64,000 nt of DNA from Torpedo marmorata (taxonomy: Eukaryota), in NCBI GenBank assembly GCA_977017645.1, contig OZ360243.1, positions 62,620,001-62,684,000 of the forward strand, in the 5' to 3' direction. Shown here piece by piece: positions 37,843 through 51,400 of the stretch; position 1 is the first letter of the stretch, and the number at the start of each line of letters is the position of its first letter. The position numbers and the translations under genes are program-made. The notes under the pieces were generated by a model. That model worked only from the letters and a program-made list of their open reading frames with translations. It was not told the origin of the DNA and ran no database searches.

Positions 37843-39910
37843 TTTCAGATTTAGATTTAGATTTCAGATTTATTGTCAGAGTACATACATGACGTCACAT
37901 ACAACCCTGAGATTCTTTTTCCTGTGGGCGCGGCAGAATTACCACTAATTGGTAGTGCAAAAAGTAAACTGCGCACAGCGTAAACATGCAAACAATCAAA
38001 AGAACTGCTAACAGGTAACGAATTAAACTGAAAATGAAAATGAAACTGACTGTGCAATACAGAGAGAACAAAAAGAAAATCAATAAAGTGCACAAGCAAG
38101 AGTCCTTAAATGAGTCTATGATTTGACTTTGTCGTTGAGGATTCTGATGGTGGAGGGGTAGCAGCTGTTCCTGAACCTGGTGGTGCGAGTCTTGTGGCAC
38201 CTATACCTCTTTCCTGATGGCAGCAGTGAGAACAGAGCGTGTGCTGGGTGGTGTGGGTCTTTGATGATTGCTGCTGCCCTCCGACGGCAGCGTTCCCTGT
38301 AGATCAGAATCAGAATCAGAATCAGAATCAGAATCAGAATCAGAATCAGAATTTATTGTCATGAACAAGTCATGAAATTCGGTGTTTTGCGGCAGCATCA
38401 TAGTGCAATTAACATTCATATTAACCATCTTACAACATTACTATAAAAAATTATAAATAATAGTGCACGAAAAGTAAGGCAGTGTCTTTGGTTCATTGAT
38501 TATTCAGGAATCTGATGGCAGCGGGGAAGAAGCTGTCCTTGTGCCGTTGAGTGCTCGCCTTTAGGCTCCTGTACCTTTTTCCCGATGGAAGCAGAGTGAA
38601 GAGGGCATGGCCTGGGTGGTGGGGGTCTTTGAGGATAGAGGCTGCTTTTTTAAGATACCGCCTCATGTAGATGTCCTCGATGGAGTGAAGTTTGGAGCCT
38701 GTGATGTCACAGGCCGAGTTAACAACCCTCTGGAGTTTACTCTTGTCCTGAGAGTTGGCGCCTCCGTACCAGGCAGTGATGCAACCAGCCAGAATGCTCT
38801 CCACGGTACACCTGTAGAAGTTTACGAGAGTCTTCGGTGACATACCGAATCTCCGCAGACACCTCACAAAGTATAGCCAATGACGAGCCTTCTTTGTGAT
38901 TGCATCAACGTGGATGTTCCAGGACAGATCCTCGGAGATGTTGACATCCAGGAATTTGAAGTTCTTGACCCTCTCCACTACTGAACCCTTGATGAGGGCT
39001 GGGTCATGTTCCCCTGACTTCCTCCTGAAGTCCACAATCATCTCCTTGGTTTTGTTGACTTTGAGCTCAAGGTTGTTGTCGTTACATCATTCAATGAGCT
39101 GATCTATCTCCCTCCTGTACGCTTCCTCATTGCCGTTTGTGAATCTGCCAACAACTGTGGTGTCATCGGCAAACTTGTAGATGGCATTGGAATTGTGCCT
39201 GGCCACACAGTCATGGGTGTATAACGAGTAGAGCAGTGGGCTAAGCACGCATCCTTGGGGTGCGCCTTTGTTGATAATCAGTGAGGAGGAGACGTTGTTT
39301 CCAATTCGTACTGTCTGTGGCCTCCGATGAGAAAGTCAAGGATCCAGTTGCAGAGTGGGGTACAGAGGCCTAGAGTTTGTAGCTTCTTGACCAGCACTGA
39401 GGGAATAATGGTATTGAAGGCCGAGCTGTAGTCGATGAAGAGCAGTATGAATTGTTGTTATCGAGGTGATCCAGAGCTGAGTGGAGAGCCAGCGAAATTG
39501 CATCAGCTGTGGAACGATGGGTTTTGCCAGTAATGTCCTGGGCTGTGTCCACTACCTTTTGGAGGGCTTTAAGCTCAGGGGTATTGGTGTTCCTATACCA
39601 GACCGTGATGCAGCCGGTCAGCATACTTTCCAACACACATCTGTAGAAATTTGCCAGGGTTTCTGGTGTCATACCAAACCTCTGCAAGCTCCTGAGGAAG
39701 TAAAGGCGCTGACGTGCTTTCTTCACCATACCATTGGTGTGTTGGGTCCAGGAAAGATCCTCCGAGATAGTGACTCCCAAGAACCTAACTTTGCTCATCA
39801 TCTCCATCTCTGATCCCCCAATGATCACTGGATTGTATACCTCTGGCTTTCCTTTCCTGAAGTCAACAATCGGCTCCTTAGTTTTGGTGACATTGAGTGC
39901 AAGGTTGTAG
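37843..39910 (-). mobile_element. Nested Rex1 LINEs: inner copy 38303-~39515 within outer copy 37843-38302 + ~39516-39910
   Basis: Inner copy ends in (TCTGAT)n and matches 8783-9990; outer copy matches the 41805-42772 subfamily and resumes after the insert with a small deletion. Confidence 0.85.
38303..38351 (+). repeat. (ATCAGA)n microsatellite, the Rex1 3' tail
   Basis: About 8 tandem hexamers directly adjoining the LINE AATAAA. Confidence 0.9.
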
Positions 39911-40845
39911 AGAAGATTTACGAGGATTAGGGGGCCTGAGCTAAAGGGAGAGGTTGAGCAGACTGGGACTTTATTCCTTGAAGTGTAGGAGGATGAGGGG
40001 GTGATCTCATAGAGGTGTACAAAATCACAAGAGGAATAGATCCTTGAACGCACTGAGTCTTTTGCCCAGGAATCAGTAACCAGAGGATGTAGGTTTAAGG
40101 TGAGGAGGGGGAGAGATTTAAAGGGAACTTGAGGGGTACCTTTTTTATACAGAGGGTGGTGGGTGTATGGAAACGGGCTGCTAGAGGAGGCGGTTGAGGC
40201 AGGTACTTTTTTTGTGGCCTCCGTCAGTCGTGGTCGACCATGGGTACTGCGCCTCTGGTAGTAGCTGGAGTGGCCTCTCCAGGGCGCAAGCCAGGGCAGA
40301 GTTGATATGGAGATCCGTCTGTTGCCCATGCAGTGGGACCCCCCTCTCCATGCTAATGACAGGTCCAAATGAACGACGAAAGTCGATACAGTTTGGTGCC
40401 AGCAGCATCGCAGGAGTTGCCGTGCCGGTGCTAGGTACAGCAGTCAGCCGCCTTCGGGACTCCGACTCTGGATTTTTCCTCGGGGTTTACTCCCAAAGCA
40501 ACTGGTTTCAAGGCGCTAGTGGTCCGCTTTTGCCCCTTCTCCTGTCAGTGAGAACAGCTCCGCCGGGCATAAGAACTATACCACACATGAAAGCCAGGAG
40601 TTGGACTTGGATGTCAGAGGCTGTTAGAGACGCACGCCATCAAGAGCATTTATGTAGCAGTGGGAGCTCATTCCCAATACCACCCTTCGGCTATGGCAGG
40701 TACGATTGCAACGTTTAAAAATAAATTTGGACAGATACATGGATAGGATGGGTTTGGAGGGATATGGGCCGTACATAGGCAGGTGGGACTCATGTGGGTG
40801 GGACATTTTGGTCAGTGTGGGCAAGTTGGGCCAAAGGGCCAACAT
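39905..40845 (+). mobile_element. CR1-clade LINE 3' end interrupted by an RTE-derived insert
   Basis: CR1-type 3' sequence (..GTGATCTCATAGAGGTGTACAAAAT..GGATGGGTTTGGAGGGATATGGGCC); other CR1 pieces at 16540-16830(-), 26380-26880(-), 30380-31090(+), 31875-32085(-), 55700-55905(-). Confidence 0.75.
40207..40694 (-). mobile_element. Short non-autonomous RTE-derived retroposon
   Basis: 9-bp TSD GGCAGGTAC (40198-40206, 40695-40703); A-tail on minus; RTE-like 5'UTR joined to RTE-like 3' end (recognised from memory, unverified). Confidence 0.65.
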
Positions 40846-41804
40846 GTGACTCTGCGAGGATGAAGATGCTATATCTGAGGCATTGTCAAGAGTTGGAGCC
40901 TTTGCCAGAAACAGAATCCCGCAAATTAATTTTTATGAACCATTGGAACTTCTTAAAAATAGGACAGTAAATTATTGCAGTTTTATTAAAACGTACATCT
41001 TAAAAATGAATTTCTCGACTAGCAATATAGTTTCTGATATTTATTTACTGGTTGGGAGAAAGGCCCAGTTTGTTCTCCCATTCAAGAGCAAGTTGTCTTC
41101 ACCTGAGAGTTGTTTACCAAAGGACACGGGACGTATTTGCAAACCCTTTCTAAAATTACAAAAGCAATTGAAAAATTCCATCAGGGTGCTCCCGATAGAA
41201 GCAGATCAAAGCCAGTTAATAAAATTAGCCTCCTGCAGGGAGTGATGGAGGTTTTAAATCAGGTCTTTTGTGTTTGATGAAATTAATTATTTTTGTTATT
41301 GCTCCCTCAGGTGACAACAGTCAAAGGCTGAAGTCCCAGTTGATGGCCGAGGGAAATTGTACTGACGCTTGTCAGTCAACGAGAGTTAACGGAGAGTGAC
41401 GCGTGTTCACTGAAAATGTCCTCCCGGCTTCGGAATCCACACGACTGAACATCTTGCCGAGTTGTGTCACGTTTCTGTGGCTTGCTGAGAGCGACACATC
41501 ACGCAGAGCAGGGATGAAAAGAAGGGCAATGCCGGGATTGGTGAGTGGCGGTGTCAGAAAGAGAAAGTGCTTTGAGACAAAGGATTCATTGGGTCCTTCA
41601 ACATCAAGCTGTCAGACCCTATATCAACCATTGTGCATCTTGTCATCCCTCTACCTTGAGGCTGCAGCCAAAGACACATTTTTACTTTATTACAGATGAA
41701 TTGATTTTGTCCATGTTTACATAAGAATGTAAGAAAGAGAAGCAGGCCATTCAGACCATCTACTCTCCTTTCAATAAAATCATTTTAACTCACTGACTGC
41801 ATTC

Positions 41805-42772
41805 TTAGTCACCTGCTCTACTTGCTATGCACCTATGACTGTGTAGCTCGGTACGAAAACAACATCATCTACAATATCATGGTCGTGGGTTGTATAAAAA
41901 GGGATGATGAGTCAGCAAACAGGAGGGAGTTTGAAAACTTGGCTGAATGGTGCATCAACAACAAACTCACACTCAATGTCACCAAAACCAAGGAGCTGAT
42001 TGTTGACTTCAGGAAGGGAAAACCAGTTATATGATCCAAGGACCATTGGGGGATCAGAGGTGGAGAGGGTGAGCAAATTTAAGTTCTTGGGAGTCACTAT
42101 CTCGGAGGATCTTTTCTGGACCCAACACACCAATGTCATCGTGAAGAAAGCACTTCAGTGCATCTACTTCCTCAGGAATTTGCTGAGGTTTCGTGTGACA
42201 TTGGAAACCCTGGCAAATTTCTACAGATGCGTGGTGAAAAGTGGGCTGACCAGTTGCATCATGGTCTGGTATGCGGACACCAATAGCCCTGAGTGGAAGG
42301 CCCTGCAAAAAGTAGTGGACATAGCCCAGGACATCACAGGCAAAACCCTCCCCACCATCGAGATCATCTACAGGGAACGCTGCTGTCGGAGAGCAGAAGC
42401 AACCATCAAGGATGCACACCACCCAGCTCTGTTCTCGCTGCTACCATCAGGAAAAAGGTATAGGTACCATAAGACTCACAGCACTAGGTTCAGTAAAAGC
42501 TTCTACCCCTCCACCATTAGACTCCTCAACAACAAACTCAATCAGAGACTCATTAAAGGACTCTTACTTTTGCATTTATTGATTTTTTTTCTCTCTGTAT
42601 TGCACAGTCAGTTTATTTACATTTCTTTATTTGTTTCCATGTGTTCGTTGAGTACAATTTTTTTGCACTACCAATAAGTACTAATTCTGCCTCGCCTGAA
42701 GGAAAAAGAATCTCAGGGTTGTATGTGATGTCATGTACGTACTCTGACAATAAATCTGAAATCTGAATCTGA
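41805..42772 (+). mobile_element. Rex1-type LINE 3' fragment
   Basis: TKTKELIVDFR, FKFLGVTISEDL, LPSGKRYR; tail AATAAATCTGAAATCTGAATCTGA. Confidence 0.85.
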
Positions 42773-42963
42773 CACTTTCCTACTCACTCACCAGATTCCC
42801 TTAATATCCAAAACTCTCTGTTGAATATGCTCAGAAACTGAGCCTCCACATTTCTCTTGTGTCAATTGTTACAACTCAAACCAGCAACAACAGAAGACAC
42901 AATTCAAAAGGGTTACATTTTAACTCTATATTTATTAATGACTATTAACAATATAATGCAAAG

Positions 42964-45900
42964 TTGAATCCAAGAGAAAAAGATTATTCCTTTTATTCTT
43001 TTAGACATGATTCTTATTCTAGAATAGACATGGTTTTATTGTCATCACAATTAGAAGATAGAGTGACTCAAGAACAATACAAAGCAAGAATAATTTCTGA
43101 TCACTCGCCTCTAATAATGTCATGTATAATTCCAGAAAAAGAAAAAATTATATATAGATGGAGATTAAATTCTTCTTTATTGAAAAGAACGGATTGCTGT
43201 AATTATATAAGAAGAGAAATTCAAGATTTTTTAAGGATTAATTCTAATTCAATTGACAATAAATTTATTATTTGGGAAGCTCTAAAGGCTTATTTAAGAG
43301 GTCAAATAATAAGTTATTCAGCTAAAGTTAAGAAGGAATATGTTCAGGAATTGGATAATTTGGAGAAGGAGATCGAGTTTCTGGAGAAGGATTTGCAAAA
43401 GAAGAGATCAGAAGAAAAGAGGAGGAATTTAATCGAAAAAAATTGTATTATAATACGTTACAAACATATAAAATGGAAAAATTAATTGAAAGAACTAAGC
43501 AAAGATATTATGAATTGGGAGAAAGAGCGCATAAAGTGTTGGCGTGGCAATTAAAGAAAGAACAAACTTCTAGAACTATAAATGCCATTAAAAAGAATTC
43601 AAAGAAAATAACATATAAACCTCAAGAAATAAATGATTCCTTTAGGGAATTTTATTTAAATCTCAAACTGATAACGATGATTCTAAAATTAATGCATTTT
43701 TATCTAAAATTAAGTTACCTAGATTGAATATTCAAAATAAAGAACTTTTCGATTCATCATTTACGATGAGAGAAGTTAATGACGTTCTTAGTTCTTTAAC
43801 AAGTGGAAAATCTCCGGGAGAGGATGGTTTCCCACCAGAATCTTATAAGGAATTTAAGGATTTATTGATACCTCCATATATGGAGGTGTTAAAACAAATA
43901 ACGGAAACTCATTCTCTTCCGGAAACATTTTCAAATGCAATAATAACAGTTATACCAAAAAATTTGTTGAAAACAGAATCATGAGTGGCTAAATATTTAC
44001 CAGATTTAATTCATGTAGATCAAGCAGGTTTTATTAAGAATAGATATTCAAAAGATAATATAGCCAGGTTAATCAATTTAATAAATGTGGCACAAAAGAA
44101 AGAGGAATTAGCATTAGTATTAAGAAGTAAACACGAAAATCTGTAGACACCGTGGTTAGAAGTAAAAAACACAAAAGCTGGAGAACTCAGCAGGTCAAAC
44201 AGTGTCTTTTATGTAGCAAAGGTAGAAATACATAACTGACGTTTCGGGCTTGAGCCCTTCATCAAAGTATGAGAAAATGCCTGCCTTTCCCACCCCCCTT
44301 CCCCCCTCACTTTATTACTGGGCAGTCAATATACATAACCTTACCTTTGGCAGAATTAATTAGACAAGACATTAAGATTGTAGGTATTAAAATTGGAAGA
44401 GAAGAGCATAAAATTAGTTTATTTGCAGATGATGTATTGATTTATATGACAAAACCTATTACTTCTTTAATACAATTGAATGTTTTATTGAAAGAATACG
44501 GGGAAATATCTGGTTATAAGATTAATTCTGATAAAAGTGAAATTATGGCATTGACACAAAGGGATTATAGTAAATGTACAGAAATTACACAATTTAAATG
44601 GTCAAAGGAAGGAATTAAATATTTGGGAATAAAGATTGATACAAAAGTAGCTAATTCATATAAGTTAAATTATTTACCATTATTTATGAAAATTAAAAAA
44701 GATTTAGAAAGTTGGAAGGATTTACCTATAACTTTAATAGGAAGGGTAAACTGTATTAAAATGAATGTTTTTCCAAGAATTCAATATCTTTTTCAATCAA
44801 TTCCTTATGAAATTCCTCTGAAATTCTTTAAAGATTTAAATTTAATTATTAGGAAGTTTTTGTGGAAAGGAAAGTTGGCTAGAGTAGGTATGGAGAAATT
44901 AACTTGGAATTATGAAATGGGTGGTTTACAACTTCCTAATTTTCAAAATTATTATAAAGAAGCTCAATTAAAATTTATTAACAAAGTGTTTGATTTAGGA
45001 AAATCTTCTGCTTGGATTAGAATAGAACTAAATAATATAGGAGAAGAGTTGAAAGAAGAAGTTATTTATAAATGGAATTCTAAATTATTATTAATAAGAG
45101 GGAAGAATTCTCCTATTTTTAAACATTTGTTAGAAATATGGAATAGAGTGGATAGGGAGATAGGAGGGAAAAGGTCAATTTCCCAAAAAATGCCTTTATA
45201 TCAAAATAAACTTATTCCATTTACTGTTGATAATCAATTATTTAAAATTTGGTTCCAAAAGGGAATTAAGAAAATAAATGATTGTTTTGAAGCTAGTAAA
45301 TTTATTACTTTTCAAAGAATGAAAGAAAAGTTTAATATATTAAACAATACACTTTTTGCTTATTATCAAATCAAAGCATTTTAGTTGAAAAGTTGGGTTA
45401 TAATTTGACTTTACCAAGACAGAGTGAATTGGAATTATTAGTTACTAATGGAGGTGTAAATAAGTTTATTTCTCAAATGTATAAATTGTTACAGAGGAAA
45501 ATGCCTAAATTAGGAATTCACAAATTACGATTAAAATGGGAATCGGATTTGAATGTAACAATAGATGAAGAACATTGGAAAGATTTATATAAACTAAGTA
45601 TGACGAAGATTATTAACGTTAGATATAGATTAGTGCAATATAATTTTTTCCATCAATTATATTTAACACCTAAAAAATTAAAGAAATTTAATCCGACACT
45701 ATCTGGTTTATGTTTTAGATGTAACAGAGAGGAAGGTTCTTTTATACATTCTACATGGCTTTGTCCAAAGATATATGATTTTTGGTTGAAAGTTAAAAAG
45801 TTTTTAGATAAAGTATTAAGAATTATACTCCCAATGTATCCTATGATATTTTTATTTGGAGATATTAAAAGAATTAGTACCAAGATGAAATTAAATATGT

Positions 45901-46115
45901 ATCAAATAGAATTTTTGCGAATTGCTTTAGCTGTTTCTAAGAAATGTATTGCTATTACTTGGAAATCTGATGTAGACTTAGGGTTAGAAAGGTTGCATGC
46001 AGAACTTCGTTCATGTATACCACTTGAAAAAATTACTTACAATTTACGTAATAAATATCATTTCTTTATGAAAATATGGAGCCCATATATGAAGGTTGTT
46101 GGTTTAAGGATTTGA
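42964..46115 (+). pseudogene. L1 ORF2 (EN-RT-CCHC), frameshifted, RT core partly deleted
   Basis: ORFs 42964-43485, 43443-43727, 43724-43984, 44269-45384, 45393-46115 show consecutive L1 ORF2 motifs (KSPGEDG, LFADD, GGLQLP). Confidence 0.9.
44122..44340 (-). mobile_element. Penelope pseudo-LTR fragment inside the L1 RT
   Basis: Matches 58015-58140 and 59220-59260; L1 reading frame jumps from ELALVL to PLAELIRQ. Confidence 0.8.
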
Positions 46116-48441
46116 AGATCTCTGGACATCGGATCTGACAGGCGAACCTAACCTCCATAATAAAATTAGTTTATAGATGTATTTTTTAGATTGACATTCT
46201 CCTTTTTTTAAATTTTTTTAATTTTTATTTTAGTAGATTAGTAGGGATAGGTGGGTTAGGGAGGGGAGGGAGGGAAGGGGGGTGAAAATGTATCACAAGT
46301 ATTTTGATAATATTATATTTTACCTTATGTATTTTGTGATTTAAAATTTTAAATAAAATATTAAAAAAAAGAAAAAGAAAAAGTTTATAGTCATCTGATT
46401 GTACAAATACAACCCGACAAAACAGCATTTGAAAACATGGAGCCCATATATAAAAACGATTGGTTTAAGGATTTGAAGATCTCTGGATATCAGATCTGAC
46501 TGGTGATCCTATTTTCCACAATAAAATTAGTTTATAGTTGTTCTTTTTTTTTAGATTGACATTCTCCTTATGTCTTTTTCTTTCTTTCTTTTCTATTTAT
46601 AGATTAGTAGGGGTGGGAGGGTTAGGGTGGGGAGGGAGGCTGGGGGGGAGAAAATATATCACATGTTTTGCATTTTATACAGTGTATTGTGTGATTTAAA
46701 ATTTTAAATAAAATAAAAAAAAAGATATAGATTAGTGCAATATAATTTTTTTCACCAACTATATTTAACACCTAAGAAATTAAAGAAATTTAATCCGACA
46801 TTATCAGGTTTATGTTTTAGATGTAATAGAGAAGAAGGTTCTTTTGTACACTCTACTTGGTTTTGTCCAAAGATATATGATTTTTGGTTGAAAGTTAAAA
46901 AGTTTTTGGATAAAGTATTAAGTATTATACTTCCAATGGACCCTATGATATTTTTGTTTGGGGATATTAAAAGAATTAGTATTAAGATGAAATTAAATAT
47001 GTATCAAAGAACCTGTGTTCCACAATAAAATTAGTTTATAGTTGTTCTTTTTTAGAGTGACATTCTCCTTACTTTATTTTTTTTTCTTCTTATTTTTTAT
47101 CTTTTCGGGAGGGTTAGGGAGGGGAGGGAGGGAGGAAGGGGGGGTGAAAATGTATCACATATAATCTGATAAATTTGCATTTTAAACTATGTACTGTGTG
47201 ATTTAAAAAATTTTAAATAAAATATTTTTTAAAAAATAGAATTTTTGTGAATTGCTTTAGCTGTTTCTAAGAAATGCATTGCTATTACATGGAAATCTGA
47301 TGTAGATTTAGGGATAGAAAGATGGCATGCAGAACTTTGTTCAGCTATACCACTTGAAAAAATTACCTATAATTTATGTAATAAATATCATTTATTTTTT
47401 AAAATATGGAACTCATATATAAAAACTGTTGGTTTAAGGATTTGAAGATCTCTGGATATCAGATCTGACTGGTGAACCTATCTTCCATAATAAATTCAGT
47501 TTATAGTTGTTTTTTTTTAGATTGACATTCTCATTAATCTATCTTTTTCTTTTTACTTTCTTTTTTATTTTAGTAGGGGTGGGAGGATTAGGGAGGGGTG
47601 GAAGGGAGGGGGGTGAAAATGTATCACATGTATTTTGATAATTTTGTATTTTATATTATGTATTTTGTGATTTAAAATTTTTAAATAAAATATTTAAAAA
47701 AAACAATATAATGTCTTAACACAATTAACCCCACTATAATTATCTAGAGCAAATATACGGATATCATATATTTATAAACAGTGTGTATGTGAAAAACCCA
47801 GACCATTACAGTCTGTGCACAATATTCAAAAAGGAAAAATCCCCAAAACCCCAGGTCAGTCAGTCAAGTAAGTCAGTCCAAAAAAAAACAGTCCACAAAA
47901 TTCAATCTCAAAGTTCAATGTCCAAGTTCAGTTCTTTAACTGATAACAAAGGACGTCGTATTGAACACTGGAGAGAGAAATGACTGATGTTGCATTGCAG
48001 TAAGCTTACGAATCCTTTTTCAGGCTTCCTCAGATGACCTCCCTTGGTTCTCAAAGTGTGGTTTTTAACCCTTCCTCATTTATGAGGCATGTGTATTTCA
48101 CAGAGCTCTCCAGCTGGCCTCTCCCGCTCCAACTGCCATTCTTCTGCTCCAACTGCCATTCCAGCTCCTGTTCCATTGTCTCTCTGTCTGCACAGCTCGA
48201 CCTTGGCGAGTCAGCACTCAGCTGTACCACAAGTCACACAAAGTTCTCAGCAGAATTCCATCCTTTATAATGACAGTCCACAGTCCAAAAGGTCAGTCCA
48301 TGGTCCATAACACCTCCCAGCCACAAAGAAAAGTTTGGTGTGTAAGAACAAAATTTAGGAATTAATTAAGGTGTCACAATATAAAGCAAAACACTATGTT
48401 CATCTACAAGCACACACAGTAACTAATTTCATTTACAAAGT

Positions 48442-51400
48442 TTAGCATCTAGAAAGACAATCAGCAATCACATTATCCTTTCCCTTAATGTGTGTTATCA
48501 TCAAATCATACTCTTGTAAAATCAAACTCCAATTTAACAAGCGTCTATTCTTATTCTTCATTTTACACAAAAAAACCAATGGATACACCATAAGCGGTTT
48601 TTGAGCTGTACAAATGTAAACATCAAAATGTTGTAGAGCCAACACAAGAGCTAACAACTCTTTCTCTGTGGTGGAATAATTCTTCTGATGATCATTAAAC
48701 TTCTTCGAGAAGTAGGATACAGGATGGTCAATATCATCATCATTCTTCTTCTGTAACAGCACCGCACCCACAGCTTCATCACGGGCATTCACGGCAAAAG
48801 AAAATGGTTTCTCTAAGTCAGGTGACTTAAGCACAGGTTGGTGGCATAAAATGGCCTTCAATTTTACAAATGCTTCTTGGCAACATTTCGACCAGACAAA
48901 TTTTTCTCCCTTCTTATGCAGTTTTGTTAGAGGGAGTGTAATATCTGCAAAGTTTTTACAAAACTTGCGATAGTAGCCAGTCATTCCCAGGAACCTTCGA
49001 AGAGTTTTCTTACTAATTGGAACAGGGAACTCAGAGGTAGTCAAAACCTTTGCCTCAACTGGCGCCAACTGCCCCTGCCCTACGACATAACCCAGATAAG
49101 TAACAGTCGCATGACCAAACTCACTTTTACTTAAATTAACTGTGAGATTTGCTTTTGAAAGTCAATTAAACAATTTTTCTAACTCAAGACATGCTCTTCC
49201 CATGTGTCACTACTTATAACTAAATCATCAATGTAAGCACCTGTGTGCTTCAACCCATGAATTACAGAATTAATCATTCTTTGAAATGTCCCCAGAGCAT
49301 TCTTCATTCCAAAGGGCATGACATTGTACTCATACAGCCCAGAAGGTGTTACAAATGCAGAAATCTCTTTACCCCTATCTGTTAAAGGAACACACAGCAA
49401 CCTTTCAACAAGTCAATTTTTGTAAGAAATTTTGCCTTCCGCACCTTGTCTATACAATCATCCATTCTAGGAATAGGATAAGCATCTGTCTTTGTCACAG
49501 CATTTACCTTCCTATAGTCAGTGCAAAACCTAACAGTTCCATCTGGTTTAGGCACTAAAACACATGGTGATCTCCAATTTGAAGTAGACTTTCTAATGAT
49601 ACCATTCTTCAACATGCAGTCAATTTTTTGATCTACTAGTCTGCACTTTTCCATATTCATCCGATAGGGATGCTGTCTAGCATCCCTACATCAACATCAT
49701 GATAAGCTATGGAAATTCTCTGAGGTATATCTGGAAATAAATTCTCAAATTTTAAAAGTAACTGTCTCATTTTTTTCCTTTCTGAAGTTTGGAGATGAGC
49801 CAACTTTGTTTCCAGGTGCTGCAAAACCGTGGCATTTTCCAACCTCATGCTTATCAATGTTTGTGTCCCATGACCTTCTCTGAAACTTGTTTTATTTGTC
49901 TCCTCATTATCCTGGTCAATAACCATCACCTCTGGCGAAAGTTTAGTCTCACTGTGAGGCACCTGCTCAAAATATGGCTCAATCATATTTACATGACAGA
50001 CCTGAGTATCTCATCTGCGATTAGGCGTTTCAATAACATAAGTGACATCATTCATTTTAAACTTATGGTCCTGAAAACCTAGCCCTAAGAAGATTTGAAT
50101 GTGTAGGAAACAGAACCAACACTTTGTCACCAGGTTTAAAATTTCACATTTTTGCCTTGCGATCATACCAAACCTTCATCTTCTGTTGAGTGGTTTTAAA
50201 TTCTCCTTGCCATTTCACAAGCTTTATGCAACTGATCCTTAAATTTAAAGACATAATACAACAAATTTAAATGCACATCATTATTAACCCACTGTTCCTT
50301 TAATAACATTAAAGGACCTCTCACCTCATGTCCTAAAACCAACTCAAATGGACTAAAACCAAGTGATTTTTGGACAGACTCCCTCACTGCAAATAAAAGC
50401 AAATGAACCCCTTCATCCCAATCCTTTTCATTCTCAAAACGATAAGTTCTCATCATGTTTTTCAAGGTTGAATGGAACCTCTCCAAGGCCCCTTGACTCT
50501 TTGGATGGTATGCAGAAGATACAATCTGCTTAACTCTCAATTCATAAACCACTTGTTGGAATAAGCCTGACATAAAATTACTCCCTTGATCTGACTGAAT
50601 TTCTCTCAGTAGGCCAAACAAGGTGAAAAACTTTAACAAAGCCTTCACAATTGCCTTTGCTTTAATGTTTCTCAGAGGAATGGCCTCCGGAAACCTTGTG
50701 GCTGCACACATAATTGTCAACAAATACTGATTCCTAGCTTTAGTTTTGGGCAATGGGCCATCACAGTCCACAATCACTTTCAAGAAAGGCTCACCGAAAG
50801 CAGGGATAGGTTGTAAGGGTGCCACCGGGGGACCCTGATTAGGTTTACCCACCACCTGACAAGTGTGACAGGCCCGGCAAATGCTTACAACATCCTTTCT
50901 TAAACTAGGCCAATAAAATTGTTTCATTGTCTTATCCATAGTTTTCTTCACCTCAAGGTGACCACCGAAGGGTGTGCTATGAGCCAAAGTTATAATTTCA
51001 TCCCTATAGGCTTTAGGGATCACAACCTGCTGCACTACTGCCCAATCTTCACTGGCAGGAACATCATGTGGTCTCCACTTCCTCATCAATACTCCATCTT
51101 TGACATAATAACCCACTGGCACTTTCTTAATCTCCTCGTCAGAGAGAGCCTTATCTCTAACCTCAGCAAGATCAGGATCCTCATTTTGCCTTGCTATCAA
51201 CTCCTGTCTAGATAGCGACAAATCTGTACCCTGAGGTTTACTATCAGTGCTTGGGTCTAATAAAGAATATTGCTCAACCTTTACCAGGTCATTTCCACCT
51301 GAATGCTGTTTTTGATTATCACAGACTTTATTTTCCATTAAATCATTTTTCACAGCCTTATCTGCATTGACATTTTTTTTTAGACATTGCCCTTGTTATA

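Larger units (their letters stand above)
42959..47701 (+). mobile_element. L1-clade LINE compound insertion: 5'-truncated ORF2 plus four 3' ends
   Basis: 12-bp TSD AACAATATAATG (42947-42958, 47702-47713) at a TT/AA site; EN C-terminus HDSYSRIDM, RT SLFADD, C-terminal CFRC..HSTWLC; AATAAA and A-tails near 46383, 46722, 47237, 47701. Confidence 0.93.

Noticed and set aside
38201-38428. ORF with a DSDSDS repeat
   Set aside because: Translation of the (TCTGAT)n Rex1 tail
39370-40368. 332-aa ORF as a novel fusion protein
   Set aside because: Chance read-through across an RTE-derived insert, antisense CR1 and two nested Rex1 pieces
44269-44345. Proline-rich N-terminus on the L1 RT ORF
   Set aside because: Contributed by the inserted Penelope fragment, not a real domain
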